Shown: positions 1 through 12,475 of the stretch, one piece after another
How the letters are laid out: the number at the start of each line of letters is the position of its first letter
Numbering within the stretch: the first letter of the stretch is position 1
Source of the DNA: Chlorokybus atmophyticus
Taxonomy: Eukaryota > Plantae > Mesostigma and Chlorokybus algae
Reading direction: 5' to 3'
DNA length: 64,000 nucleotides
NCBI GenBank assembly: GCA_009103225.1
Contig: RHPI01001202.1
Coordinates: 119,206-183,205 of the forward strand
Translations under genes and position numbers: made by a program
The notes under the pieces: generated by a model
What the model saw: the letters and a program-made list of their open reading frames with translations, nothing else
Told to the model about the DNA's origin: nothing
Databases searched by the model: none

Positions 1-1288
<1,288 letters not shown>

Positions 1289-2359
1289 CATGGCGTAGGC
1301 GATCATGCAAGTGATTGTTGTTGTTGTACTGCTGCTGCTGACCATTGCTGGTGTGGCCGCTGGGTACGTTTACTCGGGCTCCCATGTTTAGATTTGGTTT
1401 CATGGTAATGTAATGTACACGAGTAACGAGCTGTGAAGATTGGGACGATTACTGCATGTCAGATTGCGTATACAGGCCTCCACTTGGAAGACATTTTGTA
1501 CCATGACCGCAATGATGCATGTGCTGCATTTTGTGCACGCAGCATTCACATACAACCTGTGAATGGGGCTGTCTTCAATGTTACAATTCTGATTGCGTTC
1601 CAAGATGCATATGCTCCAGTATGTGGCGACATTTTGCATCTGTGTCTGCCATCTACTTGTAAGCACAATTGTGCTTTAGATCTTTATACACCAGGTTGGG
1701 TGTGCGTGAAATTTGCCTACATGATGGTGTTGACTGCTATATTACTCGTTGCATGCTGCCTGTTACACGCATGTGCTGACCTTGCTACGCTCTTTATACT
1801 CTCCTAGTGTAAACACTTATTATGCATGTAGGTGGGTCTATGTATAGGGTCAACTACGGTACTCTCATCTATATTATGAGTCACTTCCCAAGTGCGGCGG
1901 AAGGTCTCAACGCACAAGCAATCCGCTACGTGTGCATGGACACCAAACCTAACATGCGGGTCGCAAGCAATGCCATGTTTTGTCCGCCACGCGCGCAGTC
2001 GATAATGAGCTCATTAAAATGGAAGGAGCCTCAGGGTGCCAAACGTCTCGGTCGCGAGAGGGATTAATCATTCTCCGTGCGCATAGCTACTGTACTTACG
2101 GCACTTGGCCAACTTAGCTGTACGGACTCCCCTATACTGCATTTGTCAATGCCTCCAAAAAAGCGGCAGCACAGGACACTAGCATGCCAGTGCAGATTAT
2201 ATTCATATATGTAGTTTAAACTAGTTGAGGTGAAGGGTCAATTGCTGTCGAAACTATTGCAGCGCTAAATTTGACAAACGCTTACGGTCAGGAGGAACGC
2301 GTAAAACTTTGAGCGAGCGTTGAGCAACAAAAAGGGTGTTAAAGATGTATAACGCCCCC

Positions 2360-2374
2360 NNNNNNNNNNNNNNN
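2360..2374. other. Assembly gap (15 N) inside a poly-C run
   Basis: Run of n flanked by ccccc on both sides. Confidence 1.
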
Positions 2375-2430
2375 CCCCCACACACCCTTAAATTCCGGCG
2401 AGGCCAATCAAGCCAATGGTTGGGTCGTAT

Positions 2431-3277
2431 CAAGATTCTATGTCAAGCTTTTGTTAAGCGTGCGTTTTTTAAATATGCTTTAGATCATTGGGTCTTCTTT
2501 ACACGTACTAAAGAGAACAACCTCGGCGGTGACGTTAGTTTATCACTGAATGAAGCGCGACTGATAATCCCATCTTTTGCCCCGAAGTGGCGAGCACCTT
2601 CCGCATCATTTTACTTCAAGTGCGCATTATAAAAACAATGTCGCGTAGATGCAAAGGACAAGACATTTATCCGACAATGAACACAAATATGGATGACATT
2701 GATACATGCATAATACAAGCATCCTGCTTCGTTTTATGCTCAAGTTCAAAACGACTACTTGCAATCTCATTTAACCAAGTGATCGTATCAAAACATGCAG
2801 CAACACTAACGATTGGGATGCGCAAACATACCTATTACACAAACTTGGTGCCTAACGTCACCGCCGAGGTTGTTCTCTTTAGTAGGTGTAAAGAAGACCC
2901 AATGATCTAAAGCATATTTAAAAAAACGCACGCTTATCAAAAACTTGACATAGACTCTTGAGGCACCAATTTTGTGCAATAGGTACGTTTGCGCATCCCA
3001 ATCGTTAGTGTTGCTGCATGTTTTGATACGATCACTTGGTTAAATGAGATTGCAAGTAGTCGTTTTGAACTTGAGCATAAAACGAAGCAGGATGCTTGTA
3101 TTATGCATGTATCAATGTCTACCGTATTTGTGTTCATTGTCGGATAAATGTCTTGTCCTTTGCATCTACGCGACATTGTTTTTAAAATGCGCACTTGAAG
3201 TAAAATGATGCGGAAGGTGCTCGCCACTTTGGGACGTAAGATGGGATTGTTAGTCGCGCTTCATTCAATGATAAACT
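2431..3277. repeat. Interleaved inverted duplication A(2431-2538)-B(2537-2853)-rcA(2852-2960)-rcB(2961-3277)
   Basis: Reverse-complement matches are readable directly. The ORF track also shows near-identical peptides at 2587..2910(+) and 2937..3227(-). Confidence 0.9.
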
Positions 3278-5420
3278 CAAAACGATCATTAACAATCTCA
3301 TCTTACACCTCATAGTGGCAAGCACCTTCCGCGGCATTTTATTTCGAGGTTGTTGTGCATTAATTATTGAATGAAGCGCGATGCGTGTTCTATGCATGTG
3401 TTGATGACATGCGTACACTAAACGCACATGTACGTCGTACAACTCACACCTTGATTATTTAAAAAGTTGCATTTGAGCTATATATTGAGCTACAAGAGAC
3501 AAGCTGTTAGTAGCTGGGATGACAATTATAATCAGCTCTACGCAACTTGATGCCGACCTCTTACAAAATACCAACTTTTAAAGCTTCAAGCGCGTCGCGA
3601 TCGCATCGCACTTGCAAAATCATTGTTAATAAAGAGTGCAAACGATACCAAAGAACCGGCCATACCCACTGCCGTCACTCAATAGGTATTTGTTGTCGCT
3701 ATAGAAAACTCTTTAAATTTAACGAGCATTTGTACTCATTTTTAAAAATTACCCTACGCAGTAATAGTAGTATTTCCTTACGTAGGTTAATTGAGGTCTT
3801 ACATAGAGAAGGCTTTGAAAGCACAGCAATACATGCAATTGTGATCATCATGAAAGCATGATGATAGAATGTGCACATTAAAATGCCACAATATGCACAA
3901 CCACAGCATGTTTATACGACCGCTTCAGCTGTAACAAATTACTAGATTGCTGTATTGTTGGCGTCTGATAATATCTTGCAAGATTTCAACCCAAATAGTG
4001 TAACAGGTTGCCAGCTACTATGATTGCCACTGACTATCAATGACAGCAAACATAATAACTTTATGTTAACTTATCATTAGACAAGAGCAAAAGTTATATC
4101 TGTTTTAAACATGCACCACGAGCATGGATGACAACTTAATATGCGTATATACCAAGTTTTTAGCCAGATTTTGACATATCGGTACAGAAGGTAACAAATT
4201 ATTGCGTGCATAGATAGCAACAAGTCATCTATGTGTTTGAGGGCGGCACTTTGTCAATTAAATACATCATTAAAAATGCAGATTGAAATCACAACAAGGG
4301 TTGAAATCCACCAAGGTCTTTTTGGCTTTTTTATTTTTATGTTGGTAGATAAGTGCGCATCTGCATTCATTATTTTGTGTGATGTATGCAAGCAAAGTTC
4401 TCTTAAGTTGTCATTACATTAATATGCAGGCATGCCATTTCGCACATGTTGCCAGCATTGTACATATCTATAGTAAATTGATGCAAAGTAAATAAGGTGC
4501 AAGCACACACACAGCAACAGTTGCGTTAACAAAGTGTAAGGGCGCCAAGACCAGAGCTAGCGTAGTTGCATGAGCTAGACTATACTATGACTAACACAGG
4601 CAAGGCATGGCTGATAGCATCATGCATGATGCAGTTCAGAGGTCAGGCAAAGAGGGAGCAGCGTTGACAAACGAGCGCAGCAGAGATGTGGGAATTAGGC
4701 TGCGTCCGAGTAGCACCACATGAAGGACTTGGCCGATAACCACGACGCAGACGACTGACTTGGCTCTCCCGCCACTGTGTTGCCTTGCAGTTCTTATACG
4801 TAGAGCACAACACACAAAACAATTACAAGCTAATAATTTTGTTTCGTTGCTCGTTGCTACACGTTAGCCCACACGTAAAGCCCGCAATCAAATCAGCTAA
4901 ATTACGGGTTACACATGACTCAATTAGCAGTTAACCAACTAATCGAGATGCATCGGGATCAACAAAAACAGCAGTCCCTTAATACTCATGTGTACATATC
5001 GTATGCACATATAAATTCTTAAAGCTATAATTTTTGTATGCATATGGTTGCTTGCTACTATTTGCTGTATTTCATCGACTTACAAATTGAGTTCTTAAAG
5101 GGCCTTGACTCTAGGTGTCAGAGTCTATGTTACCAATACGTATTGTTAACGTGCCATGTATGGAGCAGTTTCGGATACACTGGTACGTAATACTATCACT
5201 CAAACTCATTGCATTAGGCGCCATGGGCCATGGCCCCAGACATCAGTGCAGTGCACACATTGCGCTTTTGTACACTGATGGGATGCGCGCTTTTGCTCGC
5301 CCAAGTACAGTGTACGCGTCACTAGATACCTTTGGTATCTAGTCGCCGTACGTAACGCAATGACGGCGGCGACGCCACGGCCGCCGTCGCTCACGTGCAC
5401 CACACCCATACCGAACCAGC

Positions 5421-8400
5421 ATGGCGGCGGCGGCGACGGCGGCGGCGGCAGTAGGTACGGCAGCGTCGCCGGCATGCTGGAGCGGAAACAGCGCCGTCGT
5501 CTCAGCCAAAAAGCCCGCTCTGTCACAGCCGCGGGCAAGGCGGAGAGGCGGCAAGCGCCGCCCCAGCGGGGAGGCGGCGGCGGCGGCCGCCCCAGCTATA
5601 TCCTTCTCCGCCGCCGCTACCTCAGCTAGGGTTTCCGTCCGGTGCCAGGCGGCGGTGAACACCAGCGCAAGCTCGTCCTCCGCTGCCGCCTCGTCCGCGG
5701 CAATGCCATCAGCCAGGGAAAGCGATGACGGCGATGACGGCGATACTGTCGCCGCCCCTGGTCCGGCCGGCAGCAGCGTACAGCCGCTGCCTCGCACGGC
5801 TGTGGTCGGGCTGCTCGGAGGCGGCCAGCTGGGCCGCATGATTGCACAGGTCATTTGGAGCACAGCTCTCTTCACTTCGGCCGTGGGGATCTGCACGCAC
5901 GCATGCATTGCATGCATGGCTTGAGAGCAAATTCAACAGAGTGAACAGGATTTGCTATCTGTTCATGTCGTTAGCATGCAAGCCACATGAGTGCTTACAG
6001 ACTGTAGACCCATCATGTCGGTCGCGCATCTTCCAGAGCTTGCATAGTCGTTGCTCAGATTGGCGAGGGCTGGCAGTCCACGCATACATCCGCATTGAGG
6101 ACCATTGCAGAATTGTTGATTAGTCATTTTGCATCTGGTTTCAAGACTTAGAATCGAGTTGATACCTACCTTCAGCACGCGATGACACTGGTACTATGGT
6201 ACTGCGCATTGTCCCTTGGTCATCGCAAAAGCAAACTCTGAGCATAAAGCTGGTATTGTCCACTGTTGTGCTGCCATGGCATGGTGTTTCCGATCACTCC
6301 AACGTTGCTGCTATTGTTTGTTTATTTTGTTGTTACAGAGATTGTCAACCCAATCACACCCACTCGCATCCACTTGGCTTGTGCGTGGTGTCTGTATATA
6401 CGACACTACCTTCGTTTCCGTTTTCCCAACACACGCCAACATGATCGCATCCTTGCTAGTGTGCGTACTTTGCATGCATGCATGCATGTGCGTGACTTGA
6501 CGCATGTCGAACGCCCTCGCCAGGCGGCGTCGCAGTTGGGCGTGAAGGTGGCCGTGTTGGACCCAACACCTGACGCGCCCGCCTCGGGTCTGGCGGACAC
6601 CTTCATCGTGGGCTCGTTCCGAGATGCCGATGCGGTGCGCAGGCTAGCTGAGCAGTAAGTGTGGGTACGCCACTGCACACACGCACACAGACACACGCTC
6701 TTACGATTAGGAGATCATCATGTTGCTTTTTCAACGTGCTGCAGAATGGTTATGTGATTGTGTGTACCCCTTTGTCCAGGTCGACTGTAGTCACTGTTGA
6801 GATTGAGCACGTCAACGTGGACGTGTTGGACGAGCTCGCGGCACGAGGCGTGGATGTGCAGGTATTGGGAGAGGGGACACGAGTGGATGGTGTGTTGGAC
6901 AAAGTGGGGACACAGTTTGATAATGTCGTTCTGTCTGACTCTGTGCATTGACGTACATAAAGTGTGGTTGGTTCGTCCTGTGCTGTGTGTGCTGACTGCG
7001 TCAGTCGATGTGTGTGCAGCCGGCGCCCTCCACTCTGCGCACGATACAAGACAAGTACCTGCAGAAGGAGCATTTTGCTGCGGCCGGCGTGCCGCTGTCG
7101 GCTTTTAGGTCCATAGAGAGCATGGAGGTAAGTGCACATTTCATCACATACACATGCAGACGCGCACATAGCCATGCGCACGGACTTATGCATGCGCACA
7201 CTGCACATACGCGCACACGCGCATGCTTGTGTCAGCATATGTATGCGTGTGAGCACGCGTGTTTATGTACAAACGCACGCACGCACGCCACACACACACA
7301 TGCCGACAGAAGCATACAGCCACACGCGCGCGCGCACAACTATGTGCTTGCTTGTAAGGAGAACGCACACCAAACATCTCAACCACAGGATGCCTTTGCC
7401 GCCGGCGAAGCCTTTGGCTACCCTCTCATGGTCAAGTCCCGTCGCCTCGCTTACGACGGTCGCGGCAACAGCGTGGCGCGCAGCGATCGCGACCTGGCTT
7501 CGGCGGTCGAGGGTCTCGGGGGGTTCGGACACGGGCTCTACGTGGAGCAGTGGGCGCCGTACATCAAGGAGCTCGCCGTCATGGTCGCCAGAGGGAAGGA
7601 CGGGGAACTGAGGTCGTACCCCGTCGTAGAAACACGACACAGGTCAGACGACACAACATGAAGAATATGGTGTAGTCCACTGTCGGGTGCACCAATGTGC
7701 TTGTTGCCACACGTCTTACAGTGTTTGGTTGTTTGCGTGCGTGCGTGCCTGCGTGCCGTGCATAGTCACCGTTAACACATATAATTATGTTGCACATACC
7801 AATTGCAAACTTTACAACTGCGGGTGACACTCCCAACACTTGTGCATGATTGTATGTGCATTGTGAGACGCTCTAAAAAGCACATAGCGCGTGTTTGTGG
7901 TTGTCGCTCTGTGTCAGCAGGTGGGTAAGGAAGTAATGAATAATGAAACACACACTCACATCGCCATCACATCACAGGAGAAACATCTGTCACACTGTGG
8001 AGGCTCCGGCGGATATCCCAGGCAAGGTGGCCAAGGCGGCGATGGCGGTGGCGGAGAAGGCGATCGGGTCCCTGCGCGGCGCGGGCGTGTTCGGCGTGGA
8101 GCTCTTCCTGCTCGCGGACGGGAGGGTCCTTCTTAACGAGGTGGCGCCGCGGCCGCACAACAGCGGACACTACACCATCGAAGCGTGCGCAACCAGCCAG
8201 TTTGAACAGGTACGGGTGGTAGTGGACATCATGTGCGTGCATGCATGTACCCGTGTGCCCGTGTGCGCGTACGCGTGGTGCGTGTACGCGTGCGTGGGTG
8301 CGCGCACACATGGATGGCTGTGAGAGAATGTGACATTGTTGTGGACTTGTGTGCGCAGGTGTTGCGCGCGGTGTTGGGTTGGCCGCTGGGCGACACTTCC

Positions 8401-9366
8401 ATGACGGTGCCTTACGCTGCGATGCTGAACTACTTGGGTGAGGGTGAGGGTCCAGATGCGATGGAGGCGCTGAACACAGCCGTCAACAAGGCGCTGGACG
8501 TGCCGGGGGCACGCGTGCACTGGTACGGCAAGTCCCAAGTCCAGGACCAACGCAAGATGGGCCACGCCACCGTGGTGGCTCCCACGCGGGCCGTCGGGCG
8601 GGAGCGCCTCGCCCTCGTCGCTCGATACGCCGGGATGGACGTCGACCTCAGCCAGCGCGACGACGGCGGGGCAACGGCAACGTCATCGTCGTCGTCGACA
8701 AAGCAAAGTTCACGCGAAGAGGAGGAACGTGCGCGGGAAGCGCCTCCGACAGGACCTCCTGTAGGTATCATCATGGGCAGCGATAGCGACCTCAAAGTCA
8801 TGAGTGCAGCGGCTGAAGTGCTCGAAGAGTTTGGGATCGAGTTTGAGCTTACAGTAGTTTCAGGTGCGTTGACAACTGTGTCCTGTGTTGTTGCGCATGT
8901 CATTGATTGGTCAAGTGGTGTTGATTAACAGTCTCTGTATGTGTGTTTGGCAGCTCATCGCACGCCGCAGAGGATGTTCGATTACGCCCAAAGCGCGCAC
9001 TCGCGTGGCGTGAGGGTGATCATCGCGGGCGCGGGCGGTGCGGCGCATCTCCCTGGCATGGTGGCGGCGATGACGCCGCTTCCCGTGATCGGCGTCCCCG
9101 TGCGCGCCACGCACCTCGACGGCCTCGACTCGCTGCTCTCCATAGTGCAGATGCCGCGAGGCGTCCCCGTCGCCACCGTCGCCATCAACAACGCCACCAA
9201 CGCCGGCCTACTCGCCGTACGCATCCTCGCCACTGCGTCTTCTGATGAAGATGGCGGCGCCCTCATGGAGAAGATGCAGAGCTACCAGGAAGGCATGGAA
9301 GACATGGTGGAGCGGAAGGCTGCTGCACTCGAAAGGGACGGCTGGCGTGACTACAAGCTGTCTTGA
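5421..9366 (+). CDS. ADE2: Bifunctional PurK-PurE phosphoribosylaminoimidazole carboxylase (plant ADE2 type) with N-terminal plastid transit peptide; exons approx. 5421-5849, 6524-6654, 6780-6861, 7020-7127, 7389-7642, 7978-8209, 8359-8863, 8954-9366
   Basis: PurK ATP-grasp motifs [32 protein letters not shown] and [18 protein letters not shown] are present. PurE motifs [32 protein letters not shown] and [18 protein letters not shown] follow. The N-terminus is Ala/Ser/Arg-rich. Confidence 0.97.
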
Positions 9367-10172
9367 GCCACCTGTTTGTGTGTCTCTCACAATGGCAGCG
9401 AAGTGTTGGACCATGCGGACAGTTAGGCTGTCTGAGCGAGAACTTGCTGGTCAGTGCATGATTGGACTCGCGCATGGTACTAGTGCGTATAGCAGCAAAC
9501 ATCACAATACCGGACAACAATACGCATTGACTTGCGTTGACATATGGCGCATCCATGTGATGGCATGCGTGTCCTAGACTAGAGCACCCCGTTGGCACCC
9601 CCTTGGCACCCTCTGTATGTGCACATGTAATGGTATAGCAACGGGGCCAATTAGAGCAAGCAGCGCAGTACAGCACAGCAAAGTATAGCACAAGCATTAC
9701 ATTAAGGTGAGCTAGCACCAAGCCCAAGACAACACAAGCACATAGTCTTGGAGATTTATGTACAACTACAAGCAGAGGGGCTGGGGGCTATGTGCTTGCT
9801 ATGTGCGTGCAGTAGCAAGCAGGCAGGCAAGGTGTTGTAGCGATAGCAGCGCAGCTTAGCTACCTGCGCAGCACGGTAGGAGGGCAAGGGAAGAAGTAGA
9901 AGATTGGTTAGCCCTTGACACGGACGACCACGCAGTGAAGTTGTGCTTGACCAGCCCCCCGTCTGCCGAATGGCCGCCGCCAGCAACTTATTACCTGCCA
10001 CAATCAGTGGCAATACGGCTGCAGGCAAAAAGACCCGTGCCAAGTCATGTATGTAGACATCACAATGCAATGCACATATTGCGTGTGATACTATTACTCT
10101 ATGTGCCTGACAACGCAATCATACAATCCGCCACTAGCATGTCACCTGACCTCTCTTTTTTACTAGTAACAG

Positions 10173-10990
10173 CGGAAGCTGCAGGAGGACATCTCCGCCA
10201 CCGTCGACGCCGCGTTGGTCGACCGATTCAATGCCACCGCGACTACCGCCGACAGGGCGCGGCGTCAATCAGCTTCGGGTGTCGGTGCTGGCGCGTGGCT
10301 GTCGGCCTTGCCACTTTTCCCGGCACTACGCATTTCCGCCAACATCTTCCGGACCGCACTCAGGACGCTGCTAGGACTACCGCACCCACTGTTGGTCAAC
10401 GTCGAGCACTGCTTGTGCGGGGGGCCGCTCACTGCCCCTTGGGGAGGTGCCGCACGGCAACGCATGACGCGTTGCGCGACGAGGTATATGGTGTGATGCG
10501 TGACGCAGGGTTTTCAATCAGGGAGCAGAGCGGTTTTATGCCGATACTGCCGGGTGAGACGAGGGGGAGGCGGGTGGACTTGGTGGCCTCCGAACCCGGT
10601 CGAGATACGCGCATGCTCTTGGATGTCACAATCACCGCATGTGGCGAGCAACCGGGAGGCGCAGCGAAGGCGGCGGAGCAGGCGAAGCGGCGAAAATACC
10701 ACCATCCCCTCGCCGCCGAGACGCACGGCACCTTGGGCTAGAGTTTTGACAACGTCATCGACACATGCGCTAGGAGGGCACTGGCTGCACGTGACCTGCC
10801 ATTGCGCAGGCTATCGGGCTACTTGGCTCTGTACCGGCAGCGCGTGTCTTGCGCGCTGCAGCGCGCCCAGGGCATCACCATCCTGGAGCGGGGGGCGGCA
10901 GTCGTTGCGGCAGTACCAGGCTGGGGTCCGGTCCAGACGGCGGCGCCAACGGCGGAAGCGGACGCTGTGCTGGCAGCTGCGGCAGTGTAG
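10173..10990 (+). mobile_element. 5'-truncated, degenerate non-LTR retrotransposon fragment with restriction-like endonuclease (CRE/R2-type C-terminus)
   Basis: The reading LQEDISATVD..DRARRQSASGVGAGAWLSALP..FRTALRTLLGLP..CLCG shifts frame to THDALRDEV..RRVDL..LLDVTI..AEQAKRRKY..AETHGTLG. An in-frame TAG follows at 10739-10741, then RQRVSCALQRAQG. This matches the zinc knuckle, RHD and PD-(D/E)xK layout of RLE elements. No RT core is visible. Confidence 0.8.
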
Positions 10991-12475
10991 TTGTTTAGGC
11001 GTGCTTGCATGCCGCTGACAGGCGTGTGAGTATGTTTGTGCAATGATAGGCAGGGATGACAGTGCATAGCTTGGTGTGACAATTTTGCTGTTAGTTAAAG
11101 ATCATCGATCAGTAACAATCACACTACTAGCAAAGGTGGTGATAGTCAAGTGGAACACGAAATCCAACACAAGGTTAAGCACATGGGCTGTCCCAAGCCC
11201 CTAACCAACCAATGACTTAACCAATACAATACAATAGGCTGGCGAGCTTGTTGCAGCTCTCATATTCCCAAATCTTAGACCCCCTATCTAATCACGCGAG
11301 CCAAACGAGGAGGTGAAGCATGTCCATGCCTTTGACGTGGAGGATCCTTCATCATAATTGACATGGTTTTCCTAATTTCACATTGATCCATGGGAAAAGA
11401 ACGCATACATAAGATGTGGTTGGTCAGCAATGACAAACACGCACACGTGCAAAAATAGTGGGATGAATCAACACCTATGGCTATGTTGGGCTATTGAGCG
11501 ACGCGGCACCAAATTTATTCATTCTCGTATGATGTACAACCATGAAACACAACTCTCCACTGACAGTGCAACTAGTTATTGAAGTGTAGACCAGCCACAA
11601 ACCCCCAAATCAAGCTTTATCTACTAATCAAGACCTACCCCTCTGAGCTAAGCGTTAATGCGAGGGTATGACCCCACGCCTAACGTAGGGGAAAAGGTCT
11701 TCAACGCTCCATAGCGGACAAGATTGATGCAACGGTTTATAACTGGTCTTCATTTCGACACCCAGACATGCTGATCGTCAAATGACTGGTTGCCGGCCAC
11801 TTGTTGCGCACCAATACGTGGAATCACGGTTAGGTTATTGCATTGCAAAAGCACTCCAGCCGCGGACATGCCCCTTGTAGTCCAACCAAGTAGTCCTCAT
11901 TGCAGGTCCGGCCTCGGGCCCTGAATCCGGGTTGGGCTCTGAAGGTTCGAACTCGCGCCTTCAAACGGGAATGGAAACTAATGTGACGCCTGTTGCATAG
12001 CAGGAAGCGTCCACCGACTTCTCAAGCACATCATGCAGCTGCAGGGTATGGGCGTCGGCGGCTGCTTGCCCAGCGGGTTGCTGCATTGCTCGCGTCATCA
12101 ACTTGACAGGTGCGTCAGGTTCGACATATTGAGCTCAGTTCGGCGGAACGGCAGCGTACAGACTTTCAGCAGCGCGACCGCCGGCACTGCTGGCACTTTG
12201 TGAGCAGTGACAACAGTTACTGGCGCGGCTGCGAGGGAGCCGGTTGCCAAAGCAATGTCAAATGTCAACAACAACCAACATCAGACATGCGACAAACGAT
12301 GCCAAACCTCTGCCTGGCCTTATACAGATGCGCCACACATTCAGCTTTGACATAACTGTTAGCAAAATCGACACGAATGCTACACAATGTGCAGCGTTAC
12401 TATTAAGTTTGAGCTCAATCAATGAACACACAACGCACACAGATGCATACAAGTTGTACATGTGGACGGGATTTG

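Noticed and set aside
3400-5300. AT-rich intergenic short ORFs
   Set aside because: No motifs and non-coding composition.
11941-11965. GGTTCGAACTC B-box-like motif inside a small gaagg...ccttc hairpin (possible tRNA or SINE)
   Set aside because: The T-stem does not pair on either strand, and there is no A-box or cloverleaf.
12000-12270. GC-rich stretch beyond the LpxB 3' end with short open frames on both strands
   Set aside because: No recognisable motif and no consistent splice model.
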